Source: Octopus vulgaris (lineage: Eukaryota). Taken from it: a DNA stretch of 64,000 bases. A program made the translations under genes and the position numbers. How positions within the stretch are numbered: the first letter of the stretch is position 1; every line of letters starts with the position of its first letter. The notes under the pieces are model-generated. The model did no database searches. It was not told the DNA's origin and saw only the letters and a list, made by a program, of their open reading frames with translations. Where the stretch lies: assembly GCA_951406725.2 (NCBI GenBank), contig OX597817.1, forward strand, positions 142,910,001 to 142,974,000. Direction: 5' to 3'. Positions 1 to 14,316 of this stretch are shown here, piece by piece.

Positions 1-210
1 CTTTCAAATACAGGTACAACAGAAGCAGGAAGAAAGAATGATAGAAAGTTGTGGTGAAAAAGTACAGCAGGGTTCCCCACTCCTCCCCTGCCGGAGCCTC
101 GTGGAGCTTTAGGTGTTTTTGCTCGATAAACCCTCACAACGCCCGGTCTGGGGAATCGAAACCGCGATCCTGTGACCGCGAGTCAGCTGCCCTAACCACT
201 GAGCCTCCAC
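1..210 (-). mobile_element. tRNA-derived SINE, family C, cut by window start
   Basis: Reverse complement reads GGAGGC..CAGTGGTTAGGGCAGCTGACTCGCGGTC..GGTTTCGATTCCCCAGACCGGGCGTTGTG, the same head as the copies at 28064 and 29616. Confidence 0.75.
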
Positions 211-273
211 GGTAGATTGTAAGCATTCACAAAAAATAACAGCAAAACGGTTTCTTATTTCCCTTTGAAAATA

Positions 274-462
274 AGGTGGCGATCTCGCAGAATCGTTAGC
301 ATGCCGGGCGTTTGTCTTTACGTTTTCAGTTCAAATTCCGCTGAGGTCGACTTCGCCTTTTATCCTTTCGCGGTCGATAAATTAGTTGCGTACTGGGATC
401 GATCTAATCGATTGGCCCCTCCCACAAAATTTTCGGGCCCTGTGCCAAGAGTAGAAAAAAAT
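274..462 (+). mobile_element. SINE family A (tRNA-like head, Meta/MESC-like core), tail type 2
   Basis: B-box-like GTTCAAATTCC, core GTCGACTTCGCCTTTTATCCTTTCGCGGTCGATAAA, tail CCCCTCCCACAAAATTTTCGGGCCCTGTGCC. The Meta/MESC assignment is from recalled similarity. Confidence 0.75.
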
Positions 463-872
463 TTCCTTGGAAAATACGAAACTACATCATCTTCTATGGC
501 GCATCTAATCTGACAAATTTCTTGTTATGCTGCACAGATATATCAAGCAAATGACCTACAATTCTTCGTAAGATTAAGATTTTAAAAATTATGCAGAAGG
601 TGACTGAGATTCAAATAATTAATTATTTCTCATTAAAAAAATCATATCATGTCATGTCGCATTTTATGGAAGATAGATTATAATTTATATTTTCATGCAA
701 AAACGTATCTTTTCATAGTGATAAAAGCAGGATCTCATCTTTATAGGAATCAGCAAATAAATTATTTTTTGAAGCATGCCGATGTCCGCTAAACAGATAA
801 TTCATCGGTCCGGCGGATTAGCTTTCACTGAAATGACACAAAACAAGTTCGAAACATAACGGTGTCTCCTAC

Positions 873-1095
873 GGCGGCGAGCTGGCAGAAACGTTAGCAC
901 GCCGGGCGAAATGCTTAGCGGTATTTCGTCTGCCGCTACGTTCTGAGTTCAAATTCCGCCGAGGTCGACTTTGCCTTTCATCCTTTCGGGGTCGATAAAT
1001 TAAGTACCATTTACGCACTGGGGTCGATATAATCGACTTAATCCGTTTGTCTGTCCTTGTTTGTGCCCTCTGTGTTTAGCCCCTTGTGGGTAGTA
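873..1095 (+). mobile_element. SINE family A, tail type 1 (Tx1-like tail)
   Basis: GGCGGCGAGCTGGCAGAAACG head, GAGTTCAAATTCC B-box, GCCTTTCATCCTTTCGGGGTCGATAAA core, tail TCTGTGTTTAGCCCCTTGTGGGTAGTA. Confidence 0.85.
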
Positions 1096-1357
1096 CACAC
1101 GTCTTCTCAAAGGAGAAGGGATTAATGTTCACGAAAAGCAACAGTGTTCAGATATGTTCGAATATTAAGAATGAATAGTTACGTTATTGTTTGGATTTTC
1201 TCTCTTCTGAGTGTGTCTACTGATTAATAAACCTTCGTTGTTCCACATTTGAATTTCTAGATAGAAAATCATGTTTACATTATGTTCTCTGTGAGAATCT
1301 AGAACTTCATTGAGATACATTATAATTCACACAAAAAATATAAAGAATTTCACGTCT

Positions 1358-1755
1358 AGGCACGGACATGACTAACTGGTAAGAAGCATGCTTCCCAATC
1401 ACATGGTTCGGGGTTCAGTCCTACTGCGTGGCACCTTGAGCAAATGTCTTCTACAATAGCTTCGAAGAAAAGCCTTTCTTTGAATTGGGTGATGGAAACT
1501 GAAAGAATCCCATCGTTTACGTGTGTGTGTATGCGCGCATGTGTGTGTTTGTGTTTGTCGCCCCCCACCTCCGCTTGACAACTGGTATTAATGTGTTTAC
1601 ATCCCTGTAATTTTGTGGTTCGACAAAAGACACCGTCAGAATAAATGCCAAATTTTAAAATATGAATATCGGTTTCGATTCTTTCGACTGAAATTCTTCA
1701 AGTCGGTGCCCCAGCATGGCCGCAGTCTAATGACTGAAACAAGTAAAAATAAAAA
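1358..1755 (+). mobile_element. SINE family B (tRNA head, CORE-like segment, internal microsatellite, CR1-like tail)
   Basis: GGTTCAGTCC B-box, GCACCTTGAGCAAATGTCTT CORE-like segment, internal (GT)n, 3' GGTGCCCCAGCATGGCCGCAGTCTAATGACTGAAAC. More than 10 related copies in the window. Confidence 0.85.
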
Positions 1756-2195
1756 CAAAAGATTGACTTTTGTTTATATTTTTAAATAATTCAAATATTA
1801 TGGTCTACAAATGACAGCTTTTATTAAAAAAAATTTTTTTGAAATATAAACAAAATTGCCAGCCTAATCTACAGAGTAAAAAGTTTTATTATTTTAGAAA
1901 ATTTAATTTAATTTAATTTAGAAAATTTAAATATTTAAATTTGAAAGAATGAAACTGAATTATTTTCTCGCCTTTGCCATGTTTGAAAACTGCAAGTACA
2001 TACTCAACCGCAACGGCTCGTTAGAGAAGATGTTTATGTGCGCATATATATGTATGCTAGCATGCATAATGGCTGAATTTAGGTTTGACCCTCTGGCCGA
2101 TAACTGTTGAATAATTGGTGACCTTCTTTGTTTTCTTTCCGTCTGTGTATATAGTATATGTTTTGTTTGTTTATTTGCCACACGTTTTTGTTTTA

Positions 2196-2252
<57 letters not shown>

Positions 2253-2302
2253 ATAGACAGGTCATATTTTCCGTATATATCATGTATATACGTATGGATA
2301 AA

Positions 2303-2468
2303 AGCCACTACACACATTTTTTCTCTCCTTGTTTCTCTCCTTGTTTTTTCTGTAGAAGAGCGTAGGCTCGAAACGTAAAGGACTTTTTCTATTCCTGAGC
2401 GTTATATTAATACATCTGTTTGTTTTGTACACCACCTATCTTCGTCTTTTTTTTTTGTAAACCCTGCC
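2303..2468 (+). mobile_element. Penelope-like pLTR-type repeat (family D) with hammerhead-like motif
   Basis: CTGTAGA-A-GAGC-gtag-GCTC-GAAA-CG-TA at 2350-2377; homologous copies at 47388 and 54105; lies between TA-rich microsatellites. Confidence 0.6.
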
Positions 2469-2469
2469 T

Positions 2470-2617
2470 ATATATGTATGTTTATATATATATATATGCA
2501 TATATATATACATACATACATATATGCATATATATATATATATGCATATGTATTTATATATATATACATATATATGCATATGTATATATATTCATATATG
2601 CATATGTATATTGTATA

Positions 2618-2653
<36 letters not shown>

Positions 2654-3237
2654 TATATATGTGTGTATATATATATATATGTATATACACACATATGTGT
2701 GTGAATGTAAGCATGTGTATATATTAATCGACATATATACAAAGATACGCATACACATATGCATGTATGTGTGTGCATGTGTGTGTGTGCGTGTGTGTGT
2801 GTATTTTGACAGTGCATATATTTATGTAATCGAGTAAATGATGGTTGCAACTGAGAAGGAACCCGCATCCTCAACGGCTGGAGGATTGTAAACTACTTCA
2901 CATATCCAACAGATGGCAACTGACTCATCCATGCAATACCACATGCGTTGCCTCCGCGTGAGAAACTCAATAACGATGGCTACCAAAACATAACCCCTTA
3001 TGCTTTCTCTAACAGCCACTATAATAAAACATACATTAAAATCTTTTTGAAGCAATCCATGTGAGAATGTGTTATTAGCCTCACTTCGTTCTTACCTTTA
3101 CGTGTCTCCATATCTATCTATCTCTCTCTCTCTTTGTCTGTATGTCTTTCTCACTCTCTCTCTCTCTCTCTTTCTCTCTCCATCTTTCTTTTTCCCTGTC
3201 TCTCTCTCTCCGTTTATCTATGTATGTATGTATGTAC

Positions 3238-3273
<36 letters not shown>

Positions 3274-3540
3274 ATATATATATATATATATATGTCTGTC
3301 TTTCTATCTGCCTGTCTATTTGTAAATATTTCTCTGTCTCTCTCTGCTCTATCTATCAGTCTCTCAGACATATGTCTGTCTATCTATCTATCAATCCATC
3401 TATCTATCTGTGTATCTGTCTGTCTATTTGTCTATTTATCTATCTGCCTCTCTATGTGTCAATATTTCTCTGTCTCTCTGCTCTATCTAGCAGTCTCTCA
3501 AACAGACGTCTGTCTATCTATCTATCTATCTATCTATATA

Positions 3541-3581
<41 letters not shown>

Positions 3582-3650
3582 GTCTGTCTATCTATCTGTC
3601 TGTCTATCTGTCTGTCTGTCTATCTGTCTGTCTATCTATGTGTGTGTGTA
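2470..3650. repeat. compound microsatellite tracts (TA/TACA/TG, then CT/TCTA/TCTG) around a short unique spacer
   Basis: Directly visible simple repeats; the overlapping YI/LSIY ORFs are artefacts. Confidence 0.9.
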
Positions 3651-5135
3651 TAATCTGTTATTTTCAAATACCAGCACACGTGATAGATATTCATTCCCTT
3701 TCTTACACACGCACGCACATACACACACACACTCACACATTTCTCTATATTTCTCAGTCATCTCCTTTTCCCGTAGTTCTGCTTCGTTCTGCCTTTTACC
3801 TTAGCGTTTCTTCTTTTCCTTCTCAATTCTCAATTCAGCTTCATTATAAAGAATGCTCTCCATCTCTGTTGGATGTTGTCATTCGATAAATTCGAATCTT
3901 ATTTTGCCAATCATTGTATCAGCTGCTAACTTTCAATCAACATGGCCGACATATAGTAATTTTTCGTTTAGACGGTTGGACAGCCGATTGCGATAGTTTA
4001 GTTGACTATGGTAGAATAAATGAATAGAAAGACACAAAGAAATAGAAGGAGAAAGAGAGAGAGGGGAGAGAGAGAGTAATAAATATAAAAAGATACAGCG
4101 AAATACAGAGAGAAAACGGAGAGTGAGGTATTGTTGCAAAGAAATAAATATAAGATGGAGATAGAGAGGTTCATATAAAAAGACTGCAATAAAGAAATAG
4201 AGAAAAGGGAAAGTGAGAGCAAACGATAAAGAACATATGAAGAAAGGGTGAAAGAAAAGGGAAAAGAAAAGAAGAAAAATAGAAGAGAAGAATGCGTAAA
4301 AAGATGTAACCCGATCGATTGTAAAGATTATTTAGCCATTCTTTTTCTGAACGCTTAGACAACTTTTCATTTTATTTTCGTCGTGGAAAATTATTGGTTA
4401 GTGGACCAATTGAAAGTATTTTACCTGTAGTTACCTCCCTTCCCTACTTCTTGTTTCTATCGAAGGGTAAGGTCATAAAAGTGTGAAGAAACTATAATCT
4501 TCATTGACCATCGTCTGATCTTATTGTTTGGCCAATCTGCCCATCGTAACGACTATTATATTTATATTTAAGGAGGTTATGATTGTGAATGGTGCGAATT
4601 CTATTCAAAACTTCCCTAGGTGTTGATTAAAATCTATCCCAATGAGTAAACCTATTGCATACCTTTAATGGAACTAGCGTGTGTGTGCGAGTGTGTGTTT
4701 TATTCTTGAAAATAATCCAATCAAGTTCATATCCTTCTATCAGTTATCTTGCACGTTTGCATTCATCATATCTATATGTAATTCATAATAGGCTTAAAAA
4801 TAAGATGTTCAGAATATATTCGTATTTGTTACCAGGTAGAGAAAAGGTATATAATTATATGCATATCATACCCTAATGGAATAATTCAATGCAATTCAAT
4901 GCTCCCTGAGTTCTTCAGATATGTTTCCAATCAGGAACATTCACAATAGTGCTATAATGTCAGAAGAGCACCCATATTGAGATGCATTCAAATATAAATC
5001 TATCTTCCGTGTACAAGAAGATACGATGTATTGTACCTATTGTTTCTATATCAATCAGTTTTGTTGCTTTATAATCTGTACGTAATAGACCTGGAACGAT
5101 ATCGTCTAATTCATGTTATTTGTATTAGATAACTT

Positions 5136-5197
<62 letters not shown>

Positions 5198-5201
<4 letters not shown>

Positions 5202-5570
5202 AGTGGCTGTGTGGGTGGTAAGAAGCTTGCCTCCTAACCACATGATCCTGGGTTCAGTTCCACTACGTGGTATCTTGAGCAAGTGTCTTCTACTATAGCC
5301 TCAGGCCGACCAAACATGGAAACTGAAAGAAGCCCGTTGTATATATATAAAGTTCATTTTTCAGTATATAGGCATAGAAATGTTTTTCCTTTGCCCTTAT
5401 TTATAATCATGTGTGTGTGTGTGGTGTGTGTGTGTTATTTGTATCTGTGTCTAGTCCCCCACCATCGCTTGACAACACATGTTGGTGTGTTTACGTTCCG
5501 GTTGCTTAGCGTTTCGGCAAAAAGAGACTGATAGAAGAAGTACTAGGCTTACAAAGAATAAATCTTCAGC
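5198..5570 (+). mobile_element. SINE family B copy
   Basis: GGAGTGGCTGTGTGG head, GGTTCAGTTCCACT, GGAAACTGAAAGAAGCCCG, CCCCACCATCGCTTGACAAC. Confidence 0.75.
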
Positions 5571-5804
5571 TGTAGAAATGAGTTGCGATGTCACTGGTGC
5601 CAAGCTGTATCGGTCCCTTTGCTTTTCCCTTGGATAACATCGGTGACGTAGAGAAGAGAGGTTTGTATGCATGGGCGCCTGCTGGCCTTCCACAAACAAC
5701 CTTGCCCGGACTTGTGCCTCGGAGGGTGACTTTCTAGGTGCAATCCCATGGTCATTCATGTGTGTGTGTACGTATGTGTGTGAGTGTGTATGTGTGTACA
5801 TATA

Positions 5805-5955
5805 TATGATGGGCTTCTTTCAGTTTCGTTCAACGAAATCCACTCACAAGGATTTGGTCGTCCCGGGGCTATAGTAGAAGACACTTGCTCAAAGCGTCAC
5901 GTAATGGGACTGAACCTGGAACCATGTGGTTGGGAAGCGAGATTCTTACGACATT
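5805..5955 (-). mobile_element. SINE family B, 5' half
   Basis: GGGCTTCTTTCAGTTTC..AAATCCACTCACAAGG..GGGACTGAACCTGGAACCATGTGG is the reverse complement of the family B head. Confidence 0.75.
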
Positions 5956-6091
5956 ATTTAAAGTAACCCCGACGTCTTATTCTTCGTAACAATCTCAAAT
6001 AAAGAATAGTTTTCCAATAGGAAAATAATATAAACCCGCTGACTGTGAAATGGAGACATAATTGGTTAAAAGTCATCTGAGTATAGTAGTT

Positions 6092-6295
6092 TTCAAATTT
6101 ACTTCAAGGCCAGGAATTTCTGGGGAGGGGGAACACCGAATACATTGACCCTAGTAATCAACTGGTATTTATTTTATCGTACTCGAAGGGATGAAAGACA
6201 AAGTCGACCTCGGCGGAATTTCGAACGTTAAAACTTACGAAGGGCCGCTAAGCGATTTGCTCGCTACGTTAACGATTCTTCCACCTGATTGCCTT
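6092..6295 (-). mobile_element. SINE family A, diverged
   Basis: GAAGGGATGAAAGACAAAGTCGACCTCGGCGGAATTT is the reverse complement of the family A core. Confidence 0.7.
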
Positions 6296-7065
6296 AAAGA
6301 CGTCTGGATATATTGGGTACAATTATATTAAAACAATTATTACAAAATGCATTTAATAGATATGAACTCAGAGTTTTATGGAATTGAACTTACAAATCTA
6401 TATTTCTCTCATAGTGGTCTAAGTGCATTCTAACGTGTTGAGTCAAGGAGACATACTTTCATCAGCGCAGCAAACTGCTGATCAAGAAGTGTAAACTGGG
6501 ATGTATTGAGGAGGAAAACACATTGCTATTTTATAGGTGTTGTATATTCAATTTAGAATTACAAGGAGATGTATATGTAAAAAACGAAATGAGAATAATT
6601 TGTATGCTTAGACCTAGGAGCGAGAGAAGTCACTAAGTTGCTGTAACGCTCACAAACAGCGACGAAAAAAGAATTAACAAACAATCCATTGATTGCTGAA
6701 CCAGCACTTTAAACCAATGATCGATCAGCTTTTTGGTTACGTATCTAACCAATTGACTAAGAGTAGAGAAGTGCAATCGAACCTGTGCGTGTGTTATTAA
6801 TATTGGTGTAATGACTCTACCATGACGTAACGGGAAAAGCGCATTTTAAATACAAACATTTTCAATAAACGCAATCTTAAAAGCCTGTCACATCTCAGAA
6901 CCCTAAAAATCTTCACATTTAGATATAAGATAATAAAAATATATGGAAATAACACATACGAAAGGCAATTTTTAACATATTGTTAAGTCATTAAATTTTA
7001 ACGAAAATATTTCTATTTATATCATACGAAAGCAACGCCGGATACTATATTTATATGTGTATGTA

Positions 7066-7119
<54 letters not shown>

Positions 7120-7214
7120 ATAAGTGCATCTATATATACATATATATATACATTTATATATATATGTATGTGTGTGTGTGTATGTGTATATATATATACA
7201 TGTATATATATGTT

Positions 7215-7545
7215 CATTTATTCTTTTATTTGTTTCCGTCTTTTGACTGCGGCCATGCTGGAGCACCGCCTTTAGTCGAGCAAATCCAACCCAAGACTTA
7301 TTCTTTGTAAACCTAGTACATATTCTATCGTAAACACACCATCATCGGTTGTCAAGAGATGTTGAGGGGACAAACACAGACACACAAACATATACATGTA
7401 TATATATGACAGGCTTCTTTCAGTTTCCATCTACCAAATCCACTCGCAAGTCTATGGTCGGCCGGAGGCTGTAATAGAAGACACTTGCCCCGGAAGCATC
7501 TGGCTGTTAAGCAAGCTACTTACCACACAGCCACTCCTGCGCCTA
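7215..7545 (-). mobile_element. SINE family B copy
   Basis: GACTGCGGCCATGCTGGAGCACCGCC (reverse-complemented tail) through CTACTTACCACACAGCCACTCCTGCGCC (reverse-complemented head). Confidence 0.8.
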
Positions 7546-7583
7546 TATATTTATATATCTTATATATATCATATATATTTATA

Positions 7584-7652
<69 letters not shown>

Positions 7653-7660
7653 CACACACA

Positions 7661-7713
<53 letters not shown>

Positions 7714-8170
7714 TTAGAAGTAAGACTATCTTCTTGGTCATATCATATTTCCAATTAATACAATTCTGACTCACAAACTTAGAAACGCAAAACGTAAAGC
7801 AACGAAAACTAAAAAAAAAAAAAGGAAACAAACAGGAAAAGAAATATTTTCCGTATATTTGCTGCATTAATTTTCCATTTCTGTCCATTTTTTCCAAGAC
7901 CATTTTGCATTCTTCAATCTTCTCTAACCGCCATTTTTATTCTCCTTATATTGAAGATGCTATGAGACACCAGCAGGACTTGGATATATGCAGATATATT
8001 TATAGACGCCTTGCCGCATCCTGATTGAACGCAATAAATGTAATATAATGTATATATTGTTTTTATAACTTACTACTACGTTCCGCCATAGAATAAATAC
8101 TTGCATCGAGCATGTACGTGTATACGTGTGTGTGTATGAATATGTGTATGTATGTATGTATGTATGTATG

Positions 8171-8201
<31 letters not shown>

Positions 8202-8259
8202 ACACATATGCATATACATATATGTGTATATATACTTATAAACTGATACATACAGATAT

Positions 8260-8387
<128 letters not shown>

Positions 8388-8413
8388 CATACATACATAC
8401 ATACATACATACA

Positions 8414-8447
<34 letters not shown>

Positions 8448-8525
8448 CATATATACATACATACATGCAAACATATATATTGTTGCTTAACATAATTCAA
8501 TGAATTTATGTAGGTTTATATTTGA

Positions 8526-8567
<42 letters not shown>

Positions 8568-9389
8568 ATGTGTGTGTGTGCGTGTGGGTATGCGCGCGCT
8601 TGTTTTGATGTGTACGTGTTGATCGACGGTACATGTCGGCAGATTAAAAATGAAAGAAACGGAATGGTTGCAGGCAGTGTAGGCAACGTAGCTGGCTGGC
8701 TGTTTGTCAGGCGACGTTGAATACAGTTTTGAAGTTATTGAAAAAGAATTTGTCCATATATTGGTAAATCCAGATTTTGATCAATCTTTTGTTTGTATGG
8801 CTGTTGTTTCTTTTCCTTTTCTTAGAATAGGAATAGCATAACTCGAGGGTTTCTTGTTTTCTGTTAGGCATTGATTGGTCGCCACATTTCCATACATTCT
8901 TAAATTCCTGTAGCTCGTTCTTACATGATTATGGCCTGGTTTGTTCTGTCTGTCTGCATTGTGAATTCTGATTCGAATAATCAAATGTCTTTTCCATGTG
9001 ACGGAGATGGACCCAGATTTTGTGCCGCTGTCGGAAACTTTTGATAGAATTCCGGCTCTGATAGGACTATGAAGCTTAAAGATGTATTACTGGTAGTAAC
9101 ACCATAATGTACACAATTTTTTCTCTAACCTATTTTGTGTTAGCGAGCAAACGTCTGTTTTTCAGCAATTATACGCCGGGTCATTTCACTGTACATTTTG
9201 TATGCAAATATGGCTGTCATGCAGCTGTAGTTTATTTTAACATTGCTTCTGTTGAATAATGTACAGAATATATGGCCGTTTAAGAATTATATGTTAGGTT
9301 AACACGCCATACAAAAATAATATTTTATGGTAGGATGTACGATATAAAATATATTTCTAGTACTTTTCAGAGTGGCTGCTATATTGTAT

Positions 9390-9623
9390 TCTTTTACTTA
9401 TTTCAGTCATTTGACTGTGGCCATGCTGGAGCACCAATTTTAGTCGAGAAAATCGACCCCAGGACGTATTCTTAGTAAGCCTAGTACTTATTCTATGGGT
9501 CTGTTTTGCCGAACCGCTAAGTTACGGGGAGGTAAACACACCAGCATCGGCTGTCAAGTGACACACAAACATACATACATACATACATACATACATACAT
9601 ACATACATACATACATACATACA

Positions 9624-9659
<36 letters not shown>

Positions 9660-9810
9660 TGCATATATACCACAGGCTTCTTTCAGTTTCCGTCTACCAA
9701 ATCCACTCACAAATCTTTGGTTGGCCTGAGACTATAGTAAAAGACACTTACCCAATGTGCCATGCAGTGGGAATGAACTCGGAACCATGTGGTCGGTAAG
9801 CAAGCTACTT
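9390..9810 (-). mobile_element. SINE family B copy with internal (TACA)n
   Basis: Same tail and head motifs as the 7215 copy; the internal microsatellite is expanded. Confidence 0.8.
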
Positions 9811-10859
9811 CTATTCATTTATTCATTTCATTTGCCATAGAAGCAGTTCAGAGATGGGTAGCTTTGCAGGCTGGACAAGACATTGATAAGGCAAATGATA
9901 ATAATACAGGATGATAAGGATAGGAGAAAACAGAAAGCGCCCGCCGACCCTCTGCTTCTCTAAAACATTGTTCTTTAAAAACACATATACAGAGGTATTG
10001 AACCCTCTTACAATTTAAAATACAATATATTTGGACTCAAAAGTCCACACAAATACAAAACATAATTTATATTCAAATTGGAGGCTATAATTCCTCTACA
10101 ATTCCTCCCCCAGAAATTTTCTTGCGACTTACAATACAGCCACTCCTACACCTATTGTATGGCTAAGTACCATATATTCCATCGAGTATCCGCAACACGA
10201 CTGTGTCTCATGACAGTACCATGAACCCCGTATTGTACAGTACTCTGAGTACAAGGGGGTTTCATAGTATAATAACGCACTTATTCGATTAATGATGCTT
10301 CTTGATACCTGATTGGTGACATTTAGTAGATTGTTGGATTGCGTACAGAGGTATGATGGGATGGCATTTGATTAATTCTAGAGAATATACGATTTCGAAT
10401 TAACTTAAGCCTAGTGATTTTCAGGTAAGCTCACTGAATTATACTGTATCCAAATTCATGGATGCCAAAATAGGAGGAAGGGGCGGAACCCATGAACCTT
10501 GTGCGCTATCCGACATTGGTGAGAATGTTCAGTTAATGTTCCCTTTGAACTTTTGCCGGTGAACACCTGCTGGAAAGATCTGAGCAGAGAGAAGATTCCT
10601 GAGGACCGATGTTCTGGGGAAGAAGAGTTAGAGATAGTTAATGCATGAAGAAAAGAGGAAGTTGGATTCAATAAGGGCGGCGAAAGGTGAAGAGACGAGT
10701 AGTTCATAGTAACTGAGTAGTGGAGTTTAAAGCAGGGACTGAACCTGAAACCACAAGTTTGTCAAGCGAACTACTTTACCACACAGTCATACCTATTTCA
10801 TTCCATCGATCAACATTACAAATAATAAGATGAAATTACTTCCCTTAGTGTCATAAGTA

Positions 10860-11305
10860 AAGCGGCGATCTGACAGAATTGCTAGTATGCAGGGCAAAAT
10901 GCTTAGCGGCATTTCACCCATCTTTGCGTTTTAAGTTCAAATTCCACCGAAGTCGATTTTGCCTTTCATCCTTTTTGATTCGATAAAATAAGTTCTAGTC
11001 AAGTACTGAGCTCAATGTAATCGACTTACTCCTTCTTCTAAACTTGCTGGCCTTGTGCCAAAATTTGAAGCCAATATTTATTGCATTTAAGGCAGCGCGC
11101 TGGCAGAATCGTTAGCACGCTGTACAAAAAATGCTTAGCGGCATTTCGCCCGTCTTCATGTTCTGAGTTGAAATTCCGCCGAAGTCGACTTTACCTTTCA
11201 TCCTTTCGGAGTCGATAAAATAAGTACCAGTTGAGCACTGGGGTCGATGTAATCGACTACCCAACTCCCGAAAATTTCAGGCGCTGTGCTTATCGAAGAA
11301 AGAAA
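10860..11305 (+). mobile_element. two adjacent SINE family A copies (non-Tx1 tails)
   Basis: Two heads (about 10860 and 11089), each with GTT(C/G)AAATTCC and the CCTTTCATCCTTT core. Confidence 0.75.
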
Positions 11306-12712
11306 TATTGTTTTAAGGTTCTTTTCTCACAACGTTTTGTTTTTTTTTTTTCCTTTAAATATTTCATGATTTTTTGCTCTGATATATTTTCCATTTTTTC
11401 TCTCTTTTTTTTTTTTTTCGAGGCTTAGCGTCAACTCTGGTTGATTGTATATTCTTTGTGTTCCTTTCGTTCATTTTTGATGAATCAATAAGGTAATTGA
11501 AGTTTGATATATCAAAACTTTTAAGTTCCCTTATATTAATTACATATTGTTATTTTCTCAAATATATTTTTCAGCATCCTCATCGCATCAGACTTCAATT
11601 GATAAAACACTTTATGTATATTTTCTTTTAACTGACCTCTCGCCCAGTTCACGATAAAATGGCTGTTTGAAAGATTGCTTCTGGTGTTCATTTGATCTTT
11701 CAATATCGTTATGGATTTACCATTAACCATGTAGAAAATGGCTTTAGTCAGCTCTAATGCTTTTATTCAAACTCGTAATGCTTTTATGTTCTCTGCTTAT
11801 AAAGAGATGAAATATATTTCGTCTTTTCTTGCCTCTTACCTTCTAGTTTACATCAGAACCGGTCCGTTCTAAAGTGTTGTTTTTAGCTGATATCGATTCT
11901 TTTCCAATAATGCATTTAGTTCGTACCTTAGTGATCTAGAGACATTTTGATCTCGTTTTATTTTATTTTATTTTATTCATTTTTTTTCAAAGTTATTTGC
12001 TATTATTCACTTGTTAAGGAGTCATATTCCTAAAAGTGTGAACTGATATAGATAGTGGTTGTTCATCCATAAGCTAATCTCTTTAATAGTTTCAGTGTCA
12101 TCATTCAACTTATAGAACGATTCCCAAATCACAATACTTTTTTCATTTGTTTGGCGTCCACGACTCGATATATTAACACGTCTGACTGCTCTGGCGTAGA
12201 CGCATAACCATCACACATCACATGCCAATTTCAGAAGTAAACTTTTATTTTCTTTTATCTTACTTCACCTTCCATACCACCATTTACGAAACGCTTCCGG
12301 TTCAATCTCCATGTTTTTTATATTCGCATCAGGTCTAGATCTGCCGTAGACCTATTCTTTTTGATTCCTGGGTAGCAAAAAAAAAAATCTTGGTATTGTT
12401 GTTGTTGACATGTACACTTATATTAATCATTTTCTGGTATCTTTTAGCTCCAGGTAAAAACCTAACTAAACGTCTTCGACATTCGTTTATTTATTTTCAG
12501 GTGCGGTCAACACTGTAAGAAAAGTTGATCGGTCATTCAACAATGACCAATCAACATTCTCCATTGGTCGTTACTAATATTATCAGCCTCATTAAACATA
12601 ATATTACATGAATGCAAGTATATCATCGCCAACTTATGAATTGAAACTAATGATCTGAGACATTTCAGTCGTGACCGTCCCACTTTATAAAATGGAACTC
12701 ATTGTTCAACAT

Positions 12713-13060
12713 AGGCACAGGCATTGCTGTGTGGTAAGATGTTTGTTTCCCAACCCTTTTGAGCGTCTTCTGCCTCCCCCCTCGGGCCGACCAAGGAAAC
12801 TGTAGAAGGAAACTGAAAGAAGCCCATCGTGTGTGTGTGTGTTTTTGTATATGTGCTTGTCCCACGACCACCACTTGACAACCACTTTTCGGTGTTTATG
12901 CCCCCCCCCGTAACATAACGGTTCGGCAAAAGACACCGATAGAATACTTACCAGGCTTCAGAAAAAGTTAAGTACTTGGGTCGATTCATTCAACTAAAAA
13001 TCCAAGGCGGTGCCCCAGCATGGCCGTAGTCTAATGACTGAAACAAGTAAAGGATAAGAG
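12713..13060 (+). mobile_element. SINE family B copy, head partly deleted
   Basis: GCTGTGTGGTAAGA, GGAAACTGAAAGAAGCCC, tail GGCGGTGCCCCAGCATGGCCGTAGTCTAATGACTGAAAC. Confidence 0.75.
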
Positions 13061-13465
13061 ATCAAAGAATGCCAATCTATTTAAAACTGTATGGTGTGGC
13101 TGGAGGGAGACTAGGCTGCTTTTCCTATCAGGCCAAGCAATCAAGATCCAGGTTCCCCTCATTGGCATTTGTATATCAATGCTTTCTAACCAGCTGATGG
13201 TATTTCTTTTTTGTACCTGAAATTGTTTTACATGAAAAATTCCGTTAACATTTTTCTAAATTGATTGATTTTTCGGTAATACTGATGTATCGATACTTTC
13301 ATCTACGTGTGTTACATTATGCATTATCTATGTATTATGTAATTGTAATGTAAATCATATCTATGTGTTATGCTATGCCTGTACGTGTTATGTATTATGT
13401 GAGGTGTGTATGTTATACGACTTATATGACCTTACCAGTATTATCATTATTATTTATATTATTAA

Positions 13466-13515
<50 letters not shown>

Positions 13516-13516
<1 letters not shown>

Positions 13517-13648
13517 CGAGGTCGATTTTTTGCCTTTCATCCTTTCGGGGGTTGATAAATTAGGTACGAGATGCGTACTGGGGTCGATCTAATCGACTGG
13601 TCCCCTCCCCCAAAATTTCGGGCTTTGTGCCTAGAGTAGAAAAGAATA
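13516..13648 (+). mobile_element. 5'-truncated SINE family A (tail 2) within (TTA)n
   Basis: Core plus CCCCTCCCCCAAAATTTCGGGCTTTGTGCCTAGAGTAG tail. Confidence 0.75.
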
Positions 13649-14247
13649 TAATTATTATTATTGTTTTACTTCACAGAGCGCTCGGTCTCTTTTGCTTTGT
13701 TTGATACTGCGAGAGCGGACAACAGCCTTTTGGCAGAGGTCTCACAGTGTCTCTTTCTGCAAAGTGTCTCTTTCTGTGGGGTGGCCAGTTTAGTCGCCGA
13801 CGGACCGACAGCTGAAAAAAAGATATATGTGAGGGAAGAGTAGAGAGGGGCTAAAAGAAAACAGGACTTCTGTTGTTAATTATTGTTATGCTAAAAGGAC
13901 AGTAACATTTGCCTTATAAATTCGGCTAAGCTGCTGGTAACAAACAGGTGGGCCCGACGTAGGTGAATATGCAGCAGTTTGTTTGATTGGCTAGTAACAC
14001 ACAGTGTTTAATTCGTCTGGTGGTGGTTCGTTGTTCGAGAAAGAACTGGAACAGTCTGAGGGTAAAAGAATTGTTTCCCATATGAATGTGTATAAATAAG
14101 TATGCATTTCGGAAATACAAAATTTGTGCAGAAATATATACGAGATATATGGGCTTAAAATGAATGTAACGAAAAATCTAACTTAATGCTTAAAGTAGAC
14201 TGGTTGTGTGACTTCGACTGAGGGTTTTTGCGATGGTAACACAAGTA

Positions 14248-14314
<67 letters not shown>

Positions 14315-14316
<2 letters not shown>

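Noticed and set aside
8720-11960. Complex blocks (8720-9330, 10080-10730, 11530-11960) that may be decayed coding sequence
   Set aside because: No recognisable motif in manual translation; blastx would be needed.
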